Shown: positions 18,658 to 28,191, numbered from the stretch's first letter. The stretch: 64,000 nucleotides of DNA from Halarcobacter sp. (GCA_963676565.1 OY781089.1:2368001-2432000), one strand, 5' to 3'. Program-made: numbers and translations. The notes: generated from the letters alone by a model not told the origin.

Positions 18658-18678
18658 GATTATCCTTTCATTTTTATA

Positions 18679-18714
18679 ATTATATCATTTTTTAAGTATT
18701 TGTCAAAATGACAA
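18679..18714 (-). promoter_or_regulatory. Sigma70 promoter TTGACA-16-TATAAT (extended TGn) with overlapping palindrome TTGTCA-N3-TGACAA
   Basis: Minus strand: TTGACA at 18706-18701 and TGATATAAT at 18687-18679; inverted repeat at 18700-18714. Confidence 0.7.
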
Positions 18715-18741
18715 CTATATTATAATTGTTTATTTTTAAAA

Positions 18742-20034
18742 CTATGCTTTTAAAAACACAATTAACTGCTCAATAGATTTTTCAGGAAACAAAGTTTGTA
18801 ATTGTTTTAATTTATCATTATCAGCCTCTTCAGTTTTATTTTCGTCCAGCAAACCATTAAGTGCTGTATCCACAATAGAACCAACAGTAGTATTTTTAAT
18901 AGTTGCATACCTTGAAGCGATACCACTTGGTATATGACCTAAAACTGTATCGACTACATTATTACTCTGTAACATTTGATTCATCAAATACTCACCTAGC
19001 AATTTTCTTATATCATGCATTCTTGTAAAAGGAAAATTATTATCACCTCTTACCTTTTCCCAATGATTTCTTAGTGTCGCTTCATTAAGAGGTTTTTTCT
19101 TGTCGTTAATACTTTTAAAAACATACCCTTTCATCTGTTCAGGTTGCTTTGTTCCTGCTAAAACTTTCAAAGTACTATAAAGTCTATCTGATACCCGATA
19201 AGTCATATTGATACCCGCTTTATTAGAAATATCTCTTATAGTATATGTCATATCTTCAAAATTAATATCTTCCCATTTTAAACTAAGGACTTCACCTCGT
19301 CTTCTTCCATGCAATAACCACATAAATAATTCTCTAAATGGTGTAATAGGATAATCTCTTAGAGCCTTTGCAACTGCTTTTGATTTTTCTAATGGTAAAT
19401 CTAAATTTGTTTTATTTCTTAGCGGTGGCAAACCTTTTTGCGAGGCTGGAGAGATAAGCACAAACTCTGTAGTAGACTTATTTATCTCACTATAGATATA
19501 ATTCACAACCTGATAAGTCCTTCTTTGTGTTCTATCAGATCTACCAGCCCTTTTTAATCTATCTGCAATATCTTTTATATCGTTTGGTGCAATTTTATTT
19601 AATGGCTTTTTGTAAATTGGTTGCAACCAATTTTTATAAAATTGTTTCTCTGTTTTGTTATCTTTTCCGTTTCTGTCTTCTTTATCTCGAATAAGCTTCC
19701 AAGCCTTTTCAAATAGCATATCTGGCTTAATCGTATTGCTTGAGTCACTATAAAAGATTTTATTACTTAACTTATCCATCATCTCATCATATCTTTTTGA
19801 TGCAATCTTTATAGCTTCTAGTAATGTTGTTTTAGGATCAAAAGTAAGTGTTTCTTTATTTACAGATCTTTTTCTATCAATAACTTTAGAAGCTCTTACT
19901 TGAAGCCTGTAAGGTTTTGAAAAAGTTATATTAGTATTGATGATTTTTCCATTTTTGATTTTACTTTTTGGTATCTGGTCATCATCTTTGTATGTAATAC
20001 CAATAGTTGGTCGATTCTTTAAATCAAAATACAC
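18742..20034 (-). CDS. Tyrosine recombinase/integrase
   Basis: HGRRRGEVLSLKW, HDIRK, LGH and SRY catalytic motifs; GTG start after AAGGAG. Confidence 0.95.
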   Translation of the reverse strand: MYFDLKNRPTIGITYKDDDQIPKSKIKNGKIINTNITFSKPYRLQVRASKVIDRKRSVNKETLTFDPKTTLLEAIKIASKRYDEMMDKLSNKIFYSDSSNTIKPDMLFEKAWKLIRDKEDRNGKDNKTEKQFYKNWLQPIYKKPLNKIAPNDIKDIADRLKRAGRSDRTQRRTYQVVNYIYSEINKSTTEFVLISPASQKGLPPLRNKTNLDLPLEKSKAVAKALRDYPITPFRELFMWLLHGRRRGEVLSLKWEDINFEDMTYTIRDISNKAGINMTYRVSDRLYSTLKVLAGTKQPEQMKGYVFKSINDKKKPLNEATLRNHWEKVRGDNNFPFTRMHDIRKLLGEYLMNQMLQSNNVVDTVLGHIPSGIASRYATIKNTTVGSIVDTALNGLLDENKTEEADNDKLKQLQTLFPEKSIEQLIVFLKA

Positions 20035-20093
20035 CTCTTATCTCCTTATCAAGCAATTATGACTACAATTACGAAATTAAATTATATCATAAC

Positions 20094-20135
20094 GGGTATC
20101 AATTTTAACTAATATGGGTATCAACTTACTAATAT
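20094..20135 (+). repeat. Tandem imperfect repeat GGGTATCAA..ACTAATAT x2; candidate integrase arm sites
   Basis: gggtatcaattttaactaatat / gggtatcaacttactaatat, between the integrase start and the att core. Confidence 0.5.
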
Positions 20136-20253
20136 ATACCTATATTTAGTTGTACACATTTGTATATAATTTAAAATAAAAAAGATGCTATTAGTAAGCT
20201 AAATAAGGGCTATTTGTATGTTTTTATATACAGGTATACTCAAAATAGTAATT

Positions 20254-20309
20254 GGATTCAAAATCCGGTGACTTCGGTCTTGTCGGTTCAAGTCCGACTA
20301 GCGGTACCA
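20254..20309 (+). pseudogene. 3' half of tRNA-Leu(CAA), probable att site
   Basis: GGA-TTCAAAA-TCC anticodon loop, variable arm GAC-TTCG-GTC, T arm GTCGG-TTCAAGT-CCGAC, TAGCGGT-A-CCA end. No D arm or 5' acceptor strand upstream. Confidence 0.9.
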
Positions 20310-20318
20310 CTTTATATT

Positions 20319-21086
20319 TTAAAGAAAAAATCCATCTTCTTTTTTGATTTCTGTTTCTTTAGAGTCTTCTTTTAACCATTCATCAAAATCTTCATTTATT
20401 TCAGAAGTGTAATCTTTTAAATTCTCTTTATATTGAATATAAGCTTTTTCATTTGGTTTTATAATATCACTTTCTTCAATTTCATCTAAACTAGCATTTA
20501 AATTATTTATATTGCTAACTTTTCCACCATTACAAGTTATTATTACATTTAAAGAATTACTTTTATATTGTTCAAATGTGTCTATCTGACCTTCATGTTT
20601 TTCAAATCCATATTTTTCAATAATTTCATCTGTACATTCTGAATCTTTTAATAAAGTTAAACTTTTAAAAGTAGTACTTTTTATAGGTTTAAAATAAAAT
20701 CTTCCAGCTACAAGTCCGAATTGTACTTGTGTTGCAACATAATACATTTTAGAACTATCAGTTGAAACTTTTATCATATCATCATTTTCTCCCCCACTCA
20801 TATAAAAAAAGTGCGTTCCTGGATTTGTCTCATAAATTATTCTATCATAAGAGCCTAATGTTCCTACAAGTTTTGTTTCTTTTGTTGAAGGGTCAAATTC
20901 AATTACAGTATTACTTAAAGCTGCACCTAATGTTTGAGGTCTAGCAAAAGTAATATAACTTTTTGATTTGTCTGCAGTTATTTGAGAAATTGGAGTATCA
21001 ATTTTTGTTGTTAAACTACTTGCACAACCAGTAAATAAGATAACACTTAAGGCAAGTGTACCTACTTTTAAATAATTAAAATTCAT
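20319..21086 (-). CDS. Lipoprotein (DUF2846-like N-terminal domain)
   Basis: Lipobox FTGC; ITFARP...PGTHFF pattern. Confidence 0.8.
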   Translation of the reverse strand: MNFNYLKVGTLALSVILFTGCASSLTTKIDTPISQITADKSKSYITFARPQTLGAALSNTVIEFDPSTKETKLVGTLGSYDRIIYETNPGTHFFYMSGGENDDMIKVSTDSSKMYYVATQVQFGLVAGRFYFKPIKSTTFKSLTLLKDSECTDEIIEKYGFEKHEGQIDTFEQYKSNSLNVIITCNGGKVSNINNLNASLDEIEESDIIKPNEKAYIQYKENLKDYTSEINEDFDEWLKEDSKETEIKKEDGFFL

Positions 21087-21237
21087 CTATTTCCTTTAAT
21101 ATATAATGTAATTATAATAATATAATATCTCTATTTATAAATTTATTAGTAATGTATACAAGATAAAAATAAATACAACTCTAATTATTAAAAGTAAATA
21201 TTTGTTATAATCAACTACTTTTTTTGAGGTTAATTAG

Positions 21238-21435
21238 ATGAAAATCATTAATATATTTTTTATTATTTTACTAAGTTTTATTCTTTCTGGATGTGTTACT
21301 GCACTTTTAGTAACAGGTACTGTTGTTGGTGGAGTATATGTTGCAGATGAGATTGAAAATGATTACAATGGAGATGCAGGAGAGTTTATCGAAGATAAGA
21401 CCAGCAAAGCTTATAGAGCAATAACTAAAGATTAA
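21238..21435 (+). CDS. Small lipoprotein
   Basis: Lipobox LSGC; GAGGT RBS. Confidence 0.75.
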   Translation: MKIINIFFIILLSFILSGCVTALLVTGTVVGGVYVADEIENDYNGDAGEFIEDKTSKAYRAITKD

Positions 21436-21533
21436 TTAAAACTTGATATTGAAACAGCTATTGCTTGAATTGCTAGTAGAATCCATATGATTCTACTCAT
21501 ATTTGCATCAAACCATTTATTAAAATCATTCAT
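21432..21533 (-). CDS. Possible 33-aa membrane peptide MNDFNKWFDANMSRIIWILLAIQAIAVSISSFN
   Basis: Translated by hand; ATG overlaps the EAL gene stop (ATGAATGA). Confidence 0.35.
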   Translation of the reverse strand: MNDFNKWFDANMSRIIWILLAIQAIAVSISSFN

Positions 21534-23796
21534 TGTTTTTCTCTTCTAATTTATCTTGAGGTCTACCTACATAATACCCTTGAGAATATATAATGCCCAT
21601 ACTAACTATATAATCAAAGGTTTCTTTGTCTTCTATAAATTCAGCAATTACTTTAATTCTTAAATTATCACATAAAAACTTCAGTGTTACAACAAGTAAT
21701 TGAGTTTTTGGATTCTTACTAATACCTCTTATTAATGAACCATCTATTTTAATATAATCAATATAATCACTCATTTTAACAATATAATCAAAATTTGAAT
21801 ATCCACTACCAAAATCATCAATAGCTACTTTACAACCATATTCTCTAATTTTTTCCAAAAAATTAATAAACTCTGAATAGTTTGCAATACCCTCTTGCTC
21901 AACTATTTCAACAACTAATCTATCTTTTATATCAAACTCTTCAATTTTTTCAAATAAATATTTCTGTAAATCTATATTTGTGATATCTAATATACTTAGA
22001 TTTATAGAAAACTCAATATCTTTATCTTTAAAAAAATCAAAGGCCTTGTCAATAATCAAAAAAGACAAATCATTGTATTTATTTATTTGTTTAGCTATTG
22101 GTAAAAATATATCTGGATAAATTAATTCATCTTTATCTTTAATTCTTGCTAAACACTCATACTTTTCTATAGTTTTACTTAAACTATTGAAAATTGGTTG
22201 ATAATGAAGAACTAAACCATCATGCTCAATTGCATTTTTGATTTTTCTTGCTAATTGAATATTATCTTTATTTGTTTTTATATTTTCATTATGTTCTTCT
22301 TCAAAAATAGCATATCGTTTGTTTTTACTTAGCGCAATTTCTAAAGCATTTTCTGCCTCATTTAATTCCTCAATACTATAATTCAACTTATGAGGATTAC
22401 TAATACCTAAAGTAATATCTAAAAGGAAATCAAACTCTTCTTCATTTAAGGTAAAAGAACAACTTTCAAGTTTATTTATTAAGTTATCTATGAAACTTTT
22501 AAAAGAGCCGTAGTCTGTGTATTGTAAATTTATTATAAATGTATTGTAATTATTTGAATAAATTTTTAAAATATTTTCTTCATTTAATGACTTCAAAACA
22601 TTATGAAAATTCTTAACAACTTCATCTGAGATTTTATATCCATATGTACTTTGTATTTTAAGTAAGTTATTGATTGATATTAATATTACAATTGTAGATT
22701 TAGGAAATTTTTTGTTGATTAAATCATTTACTAAATTAACCCTATTGGGTAAGCCTGTTAGTTTATCATGTTGTTTGTCTTTGTTAGCTTTATCCCTTAA
22801 AAAATCAGGTAGCTTTGCAAAATAAATTATTATAGGAAAAAGAACAATACTAAATAATATACTTAACCATACAAAGTTATTTTGTGTTTTTTGTGTATTT
22901 TTTATCTCTTCTAAAAACTTTGGTTCTAAAACTAACCTAATATTTTGTCCATTATTAAAATCACGTATTTTTAAAGAATAAAAGTTTTTTAAATAATAAT
23001 AATCATTTGTTAATGCTTTAGAAGCATCTTCTGGAAACTCATCATACAATGTATAATTCATATTTCTACCAATAAGACCATAATTTGGATTGTGATGACT
23101 TAAAAAAGAACCATTTTTATCAACTAAATGTGTATAATATAAAACTGTATCATCTAAATTTTTAAATAATTCCTTTAAAGAAATATTATAAATAAGTATA
23201 CCTTTCTTATTATCATCATTATCCCTTAAAATCATAGCAAATCTAACTACTGGTTGCTTTGGTAAAGTTATTTTACCTAACTCTTTGTTTAACTCAATTT
23301 TTGAAATTCCAATATCATCTTTATGTAGATTTACAAACTTTTTAAAGTATTTAGTATCTTTCTTATTTTGTAACTTATCTTTAGGAACTATTTCAATTAT
23401 CTTTTTTACACCACTATTAGAATTAAAAAAAGAAGAGTGAACTCTTACAATCTCATTTCCATCAAAATCTAAATATCTAATTTGCCTAAGGTTAGGTAAC
23501 GATTCTTGTATACTAATAAAATAGTTTTGTATATATGTATGGTCAATACTATTACTGAGTGAATTTTTTAAATTTTTATTTTGAGTAACTGCTTTAATTG
23601 AACTAAAATATGGTTTAAAAAAACTATGAAAATACTTTTCCCTTTCCAATGTTTTACTATGCATATTTTTTTGTGTTATTTGTCCAACATCAGTTGAATT
23701 TGTTACTATAAATAAATTAATTACTAAAAAAATAACTATTAAAATTATAATAAAATAACTAACTAGTATTTTTATTTTATATGATAAAGTGTACAT
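21526..23796 (-). CDS. Cache-sensor GGDEF(degenerate)-EAL c-di-GMP phosphodiesterase
   Basis: Two TM helices around a periplasmic domain; DKLTGLPNR; GGDEF position reads NYNTF; ECLAR, DDFGSGYSN, IKIDGSLI, SQGYY. Confidence 0.92.
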   Translation of the reverse strand: MYTLSYKIKILVSYFIIILIVIFLVINLFIVTNSTDVGQITQKNMHSKTLEREKYFHSFFKPYFSSIKAVTQNKNLKNSLSNSIDHTYIQNYFISIQESLPNLRQIRYLDFDGNEIVRVHSSFFNSNSGVKKIIEIVPKDKLQNKKDTKYFKKFVNLHKDDIGISKIELNKELGKITLPKQPVVRFAMILRDNDDNKKGILIYNISLKELFKNLDDTVLYYTHLVDKNGSFLSHHNPNYGLIGRNMNYTLYDEFPEDASKALTNDYYYLKNFYSLKIRDFNNGQNIRLVLEPKFLEEIKNTQKTQNNFVWLSILFSIVLFPIIIYFAKLPDFLRDKANKDKQHDKLTGLPNRVNLVNDLINKKFPKSTIVILISINNLLKIQSTYGYKISDEVVKNFHNVLKSLNEENILKIYSNNYNTFIINLQYTDYGSFKSFIDNLINKLESCSFTLNEEEFDFLLDITLGISNPHKLNYSIEELNEAENALEIALSKNKRYAIFEEEHNENIKTNKDNIQLARKIKNAIEHDGLVLHYQPIFNSLSKTIEKYECLARIKDKDELIYPDIFLPIAKQINKYNDLSFLIIDKAFDFFKDKDIEFSINLSILDITNIDLQKYLFEKIEEFDIKDRLVVEIVEQEGIANYSEFINFLEKIREYGCKVAIDDFGSGYSNFDYIVKMSDYIDYIKIDGSLIRGISKNPKTQLLVVTLKFLCDNLRIKVIAEFIEDKETFDYIVSMGIIYSQGYYVGRPQDKLEEKNNE

Positions 23797-23941
23797 AATT
23801 TAATTTTATATTAAAATGATTATAAAGTCAAATTTATCAAAGATAACCTAAACATAGTTTATTATAAAGTAATTTTGATAGTTAATAATTTTTTAATTAA
23901 ATTAGTATTAAGATTAATCAAAGATTGATAAGGAGGATATT

Positions 23942-24772
23942 TTGCAAATAAACAACAATATTCAGAATAATCAAACCCCTTATTTAAATGCAAATCAAGC
24001 TTTAAATAGAATTGCAACTGGTATAGAATTAAATAGTGCTTCTGATGATGCTTCAGCTTTATCAATTGTACAAAATTTACAAGTGCAATCAAGTGGGATT
24101 TCTCAATCAATAGACAATGTTAATAGTGGTTTAGCAGCATTACAAATTTCTGATGGAGCATTAACAAATCAGTCTGAAATCTTGGATGAAGTAAAACAGA
24201 AACTTCTTCAAGCATCTACAGATACCACTTCTCAAGAAGGAAGAGAATCATTACTAAATGATATCCAAGGGCTTTTGGAAAATTTCAATAACATTGCTAG
24301 TAGTACAAACTATAATGGAGAAACACTTTTACAAAATAGTTCAAGTGATACAAGTGCATCATCAAGCTTACAAATTCAAGCAGGTGAGAACTCTGATAGC
24401 TTAGTAGATACGCAAGCAATTCAATCTAATACCACGGGTGTAGGATTAGATGATTTATTGAACCAAGACCCAGCTACATTTACATCTCAAACAGCTAGGG
24501 ATTCTCTAGAAAATTTAGATAATGCAATTGACAGTGTAAGTTCATTTAGAAGTGATGTAGGTTCAGTTCAAAATCAGCTTCAAAGTACTTCAAGAAACTT
24601 ATTTTCTGAGTTTACACAAACAAGCGCTGCTTCATCAATAATTCAAGATATTGATTATGCTCAAGAGGTTTCTAATTTTAGTAAGCAAAATATTTTAGCT
24701 CAAATTGGAGCTTATGGGGCAGCACAATCAAATAATATCAATCAGGCTATGGTAACAAGATTATTATCATAA
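23942..24772 (+). CDS. Short flagellin-like protein
   Basis: RIATG..NSASDDAS, TNYNGETLL, RSDVGSVQNQL, IQDIDYAQEVSNFSKQNIL; TTG start after AGGAGG. Confidence 0.92.
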   Translation: MQINNNIQNNQTPYLNANQALNRIATGIELNSASDDASALSIVQNLQVQSSGISQSIDNVNSGLAALQISDGALTNQSEILDEVKQKLLQASTDTTSQEGRESLLNDIQGLLENFNNIASSTNYNGETLLQNSSSDTSASSSLQIQAGENSDSLVDTQAIQSNTTGVGLDDLLNQDPATFTSQTARDSLENLDNAIDSVSSFRSDVGSVQNQLQSTSRNLFSEFTQTSAASSIIQDIDYAQEVSNFSKQNILAQIGAYGAAQSNNINQAMVTRLLS

Positions 24773-24776
24773 AAGC

Positions 24777-24802
24777 AAACCTAAGTTTATAAACTTAGGT
24801 TT
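24777..24802. terminator. Perfect 26-bp palindrome between convergent genes
   Basis: aaacctaagttta/taaacttaggttt. Confidence 0.7.
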
Positions 24803-25334
24803 AAAAATCGATTGTATGTGTAATTTTAACTCTTCTCATTGGTCTATTTGAAATCTTATAATGCTCTACTCCATTATAAACAAAATAGTTTTTATATCCT
24901 GTAATAGTTTTTCTTTTAATCCTTGATGGTTTATCATAACATTCAGTTTTTGTTTCATATCTGTAGTTGTCATCATATCTATCATTTGGTCTATAATTAT
25001 TTCTAATTTCATGGGCAACTTTAGCACCTAATAATCCACCAACAATTTGAGCAGCAACTCTACCATTACCTTTTCCTATTTGGCTTCCTATAACAGCACC
25101 AGCAGCTGTTCCTATAAGTGTATCAACACCTAAATTATCATCATAATCTGAATAATATCTATCATCTCTTACTTTATATCTTACTTCTTTGCATTCTCTT
25201 TGTGTTTCTCTATCATAAACATAATCGTAAATTGGTTCAGAATATGAAACCTTTGCAAAATCATGAAATCTATCACTACCTGCATATAAAGATGATATAA
25301 AAAGTAATCCAGTTAAAGCTATTTTTTTTAACAT
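24801..25334 (-). CDS. Glycine-zipper 2TM (YcfJ-like) protein
   Basis: GTAAGAVIGSQIGKGNGRVAAQIVGGLLGAKV; signal peptide. Confidence 0.88.
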   Translation of the reverse strand: MLKKIALTGLLFISSLYAGSDRFHDFAKVSYSEPIYDYVYDRETQRECKEVRYKVRDDRYYSDYDDNLGVDTLIGTAAGAVIGSQIGKGNGRVAAQIVGGLLGAKVAHEIRNNYRPNDRYDDNYRYETKTECYDKPSRIKRKTITGYKNYFVYNGVEHYKISNRPMRRVKITHTIDF

Positions 25335-25375
25335 AATAAATCCTTTGAGAGGCTCCTATTTAAAGGAACCTTTAT

Positions 25376-25675
25376 TTACATTTTTGAGATATATTCCGCC
25401 AATGCTTTTATATCTGCATCTGAAAGTCTTGCAACTTGACCTTTCATAACACCTTTCATTGCTCCACCATAAGATCCATCTTTATAACCTTTTAATGCTG
25501 TTTCAATTTTTGATGCATCCCAACCTTTAATAACTTGAGACTTACCTAATGCTGCTTTTTCAGCATTTATACCATGACATGCTGCACATGATTGATATAA
25601 ACCTGCTCCATCATTTGCAAAAAGTGAAGTTAAACCTAAAAGTGCAACTCCTGTTAAAATTTTTGTAGTTTTCAT
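25376..25675 (-). CDS. Cytochrome c553
   Basis: Signal peptide, CAACH, YGGAMKGVMKGQV. Confidence 0.95.
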   Translation of the reverse strand: MKTTKILTGVALLGLTSLFANDGAGLYQSCAACHGINAEKAALGKSQVIKGWDASKIETALKGYKDGSYGGAMKGVMKGQVARLSDADIKALAEYISKM

Positions 25676-25721
25676 TTTGTACTCCTATATTTTATTTATA
25701 GAAGAAGTATAAAAATTAATT

Positions 25722-25737
25722 GTGAATCGATTGTGAA
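25722..25737 (-). promoter_or_regulatory. TTCAC-N6-TTCAC direct repeat (DccR-type box) 10 nt upstream of a TATACT -10
   Basis: Minus strand reads ATTCACAATCGATTCACAATTAATTTTTATACT. Confidence 0.7.
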
Positions 25738-25758
25738 TGATTTAAAAAAGTAAAAAAT

Positions 25759-26088
25759 TTATTGTAGTTTTCCAAATACTTTGTATTTTTCCCAGTAGAT
25801 ATCTAAGGCTTCTTTTAGTTCTTTATCTGTTAATTTTGTTTTTTCTTTTATTCCAAATCTTTCTATAAAGGCCTCTGGCATGATAGTTGTATCTTTACTT
25901 GGGTTCTTTAAAAAATTAGTCATTGCCTCTTTTACACTTCTTTGACTACTATATTTTAAAAGGTATCTGTAAAAGTATTTATCAATTGAAACAGGTTGTT
26001 TTTTATGACAAGATACACAATTGTTTTCATAAACATCAGAAAAACTAATTCCTAAAAAAAGAAAGAATACTAAAATTAATTTTCCCAT
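25759..26088 (-). CDS. Monoheme c-type cytochrome
   Basis: Signal peptide, CVSCH, downstream MP ligand motif. Confidence 0.85.
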   Translation of the reverse strand: MGKLILVFFLFLGISFSDVYENNCVSCHKKQPVSIDKYFYRYLLKYSSQRSVKEAMTNFLKNPSKDTTIMPEAFIERFGIKEKTKLTDKELKEALDIYWEKYKVFGKLQ

Positions 26089-27269
26089 ATAAGCTCCATT
26101 TTTGTACCAACTTTGATTTTTGATTCCACATTGATTTTAAAGTTATACTCTTTTGCAATCATTGAAACAATATTTAGACCTATTCCAAAACCACCTACAC
26201 TTTTATCAAATCTCATATATCTTTCAAAAAGCTGTTCAACTTGGTCTTCTGTCATACCCTTTCCACTATCTTCTACAATCAAGGATTTTTTTTTAAGTGT
26301 GACTTTTATGAAGCCTTTTACCTTGTTATATTTAATAGCATTTGATAAAAGATTATCAATAAGCTTAGAAATTTTCTTAATATCACAAAAAATGATTACA
26401 TGATCTTCAATATTTTCAATAAGTTCAATTTTCTTAACATCAGCAAGAGTTTTAAAATATTCTAACCTTTGATGAACTATTTTGCTTAAATCCAAATTTT
26501 CATTTTGTGAAATAATCTTATTATCCAAAGTTAAATATGTCAAATCTTCATATATATTTGATATTGTTTTTGCTCCAATATCAATACGTTTTATTTTTTT
26601 TGATAATTTTTCATCTAAACTATTTGTATCAATCATCTCTACATTTGTAATAATTGCGGAAATAGGAGTATTTAACTCATGGGTTGTGTCTTTTATAAAC
26701 CTATCTAAAAGATGTAAAGCATCTCTCATTGGTTTTAGAAAAACCCTAAGTAAAAAATATCCAAGTACAGTCATAAAGAAAAAGGCAATAACCACAAAAA
26801 CAAATATTTCTTTTTTTAATTTTTCTAACCATATACCATCATCAGGGATTTCCAAAACAACATATTTTGCACCTAGATAGTAAGATTCTGGTTCTTCTAT
26901 AAAATGTATTTTATTATTGCTAGTATAACTTATCTCATCAAGATTAACTTTTTTTGATTCTAAAGTTGAAAATATCAAAGTTCTATCACTATCATAAATA
27001 GCAGAATTATACCTTTCATCTCTAGGGTAAAATTTATACTTATCAAAATTAATATGTAAATCTTTTAATCTAAAGATAAAATCGTTTGAATACTCTTGCA
27101 TCAAAACTCTTTTTTCTTGAAGCATTAAATTTTTTTGAAATGAAAAATATAAGAATGATATAAAAAATAAAATTACAATTGTGAAAAATGAATATAAAGA
27201 TAAAAAGCTAAGAAGAGTTTTCTTCTCACTTCGAGTTAAATCTATATCCAAGCTTTTTAAGACTAACAA
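26076..27269 (-). CDS. Sensor histidine kinase (DccS/CrdS-like); true start may be TTG 27251
   Basis: Two TM helices; THELNTP, NLLSNAIKYN, DSGKG, GGFGIGL. Confidence 0.93.
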   Translation of the reverse strand: MLVLKSLDIDLTRSEKKTLLSFLSLYSFFTIVILFFISFLYFSFQKNLMLQEKRVLMQEYSNDFIFRLKDLHINFDKYKFYPRDERYNSAIYDSDRTLIFSTLESKKVNLDEISYTSNNKIHFIEEPESYYLGAKYVVLEIPDDGIWLEKLKKEIFVFVVIAFFFMTVLGYFLLRVFLKPMRDALHLLDRFIKDTTHELNTPISAIITNVEMIDTNSLDEKLSKKIKRIDIGAKTISNIYEDLTYLTLDNKIISQNENLDLSKIVHQRLEYFKTLADVKKIELIENIEDHVIIFCDIKKISKLIDNLLSNAIKYNKVKGFIKVTLKKKSLIVEDSGKGMTEDQVEQLFERYMRFDKSVGGFGIGLNIVSMIAKEYNFKINVESKIKVGTKMELIWEN

Positions 27270-27897
27270 TTTTATCTTTTCCTAACACTTTTCTTAAGTT
27301 TTTAATATAAGTTCTTAGGGAGTTATCACTTGGTTCTTCATCATAATCCCAAACAAAGTCATATATTCTTTCATGAACCAATAACTCATCTTGATTTTGA
27401 AGGAAAAATTTCAAAAGCTTTAATTCTTTAAAATTTAAAGCTACAACTTCCCCATCTTTTTTTACTTCATTTGTATTTGTATCAAAAGTAACTGATTCAC
27501 TTAAATTAATAATTGTTTCTTTTTTATTAGAAAACTCTCTTTTTATAATAGTTTGAACCCTAAGTAAAAGCTCTTTTAACTCAAAGGGTTTTCTAATATA
27601 ATCATCACAACCACTTTCAAAACCCTCTTCTAAAGAGTTCATAGAGTTTAATGAAGTTATAAATATAGCAGGAGTTGTATTGCCTTGCTCTCTTACAGAT
27701 TTTAATAGTTCAAACCCATTTAAAGAAGGAACATTTACATCAAGTAAAAATATATCAAACTTCTCTTCATAAATAACATCGTTTGCTTCATCGCCATCAT
27801 ATACGGCTCTTACTTCAAAGCCCTGCTCTTCAAAATAATCAACTACGGTTTCACTTAAAGTTAAGTCATCTTCAAGGAGTAATAGTCTAGTTTTCAT
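27226..27897 (-). CDS. OmpR-family response regulator (DccR/CrdR-like)
   Basis: LLLEDD, LLDVNVP, DDYIRKPF, SLRTYIKNLRK, LGYRF. Confidence 0.95.
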   Translation of the reverse strand: MKTRLLLLEDDLTLSETVVDYFEEQGFEVRAVYDGDEANDVIYEEKFDIFLLDVNVPSLNGFELLKSVREQGNTTPAIFITSLNSMNSLEEGFESGCDDYIRKPFELKELLLRVQTIIKREFSNKKETIINLSESVTFDTNTNEVKKDGEVVALNFKELKLLKFFLQNQDELLVHERIYDFVWDYDEEPSDNSLRTYIKNLRKVLGKDKIVSLKKLGYRFNSK

Positions 27898-28121
27898 TTT
27901 TTATTTTTCAACTTTTTGAGATTTTCTTGATATTTTGCCTTTTCTTTGGCATTCATAGTTGGAACTCTTTCTTTCAGTTCTTTTTTAAATTTTTCTTCAT
28001 TTTGTTTTTTTACATATCCCATAATTACAATTAACTCTTGAGTACTCATTTCTGAATAATCAACTGCATAAAGGGGAGAGAAAAAAACTGATATTAAAAT
28101 TGATATTAAAAATTTTTTCAT
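27894..28121 (-). CDS. DUF1104 family periplasmic protein
   Basis: Signal peptide then AVDYSEMSTQELI..GYV...ELKER. Confidence 0.8.
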   Translation of the reverse strand: MKKFLISILISVFFSPLYAVDYSEMSTQELIVIMGYVKKQNEEKFKKELKERVPTMNAKEKAKYQENLKKLKNKK

Positions 28122-28191
28122 AGTCTACTCTAAAATATTATTTTTGTAATGATACCATATTAATTGTAGAAGAATCGTAAAGTATAGATAT

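Larger units (their letters stand above)
1..20309. mobile_element. Integrative genomic island inserted at tRNA-Leu(CAA); right part only
   Basis: Tyrosine integrase next to an isolated tRNA 3' half (20254-20309). Replication, excisionase-like, TA, recombination and defence-type genes lie to its left, host-type genes to its right. Left boundary is outside the window. Confidence 0.85.

Noticed and set aside
20225..20309. Intact tRNA-Leu gene
   Set aside because: No D arm and no 5' acceptor strand complementary to TAGCGGT; only the 3' half is present.
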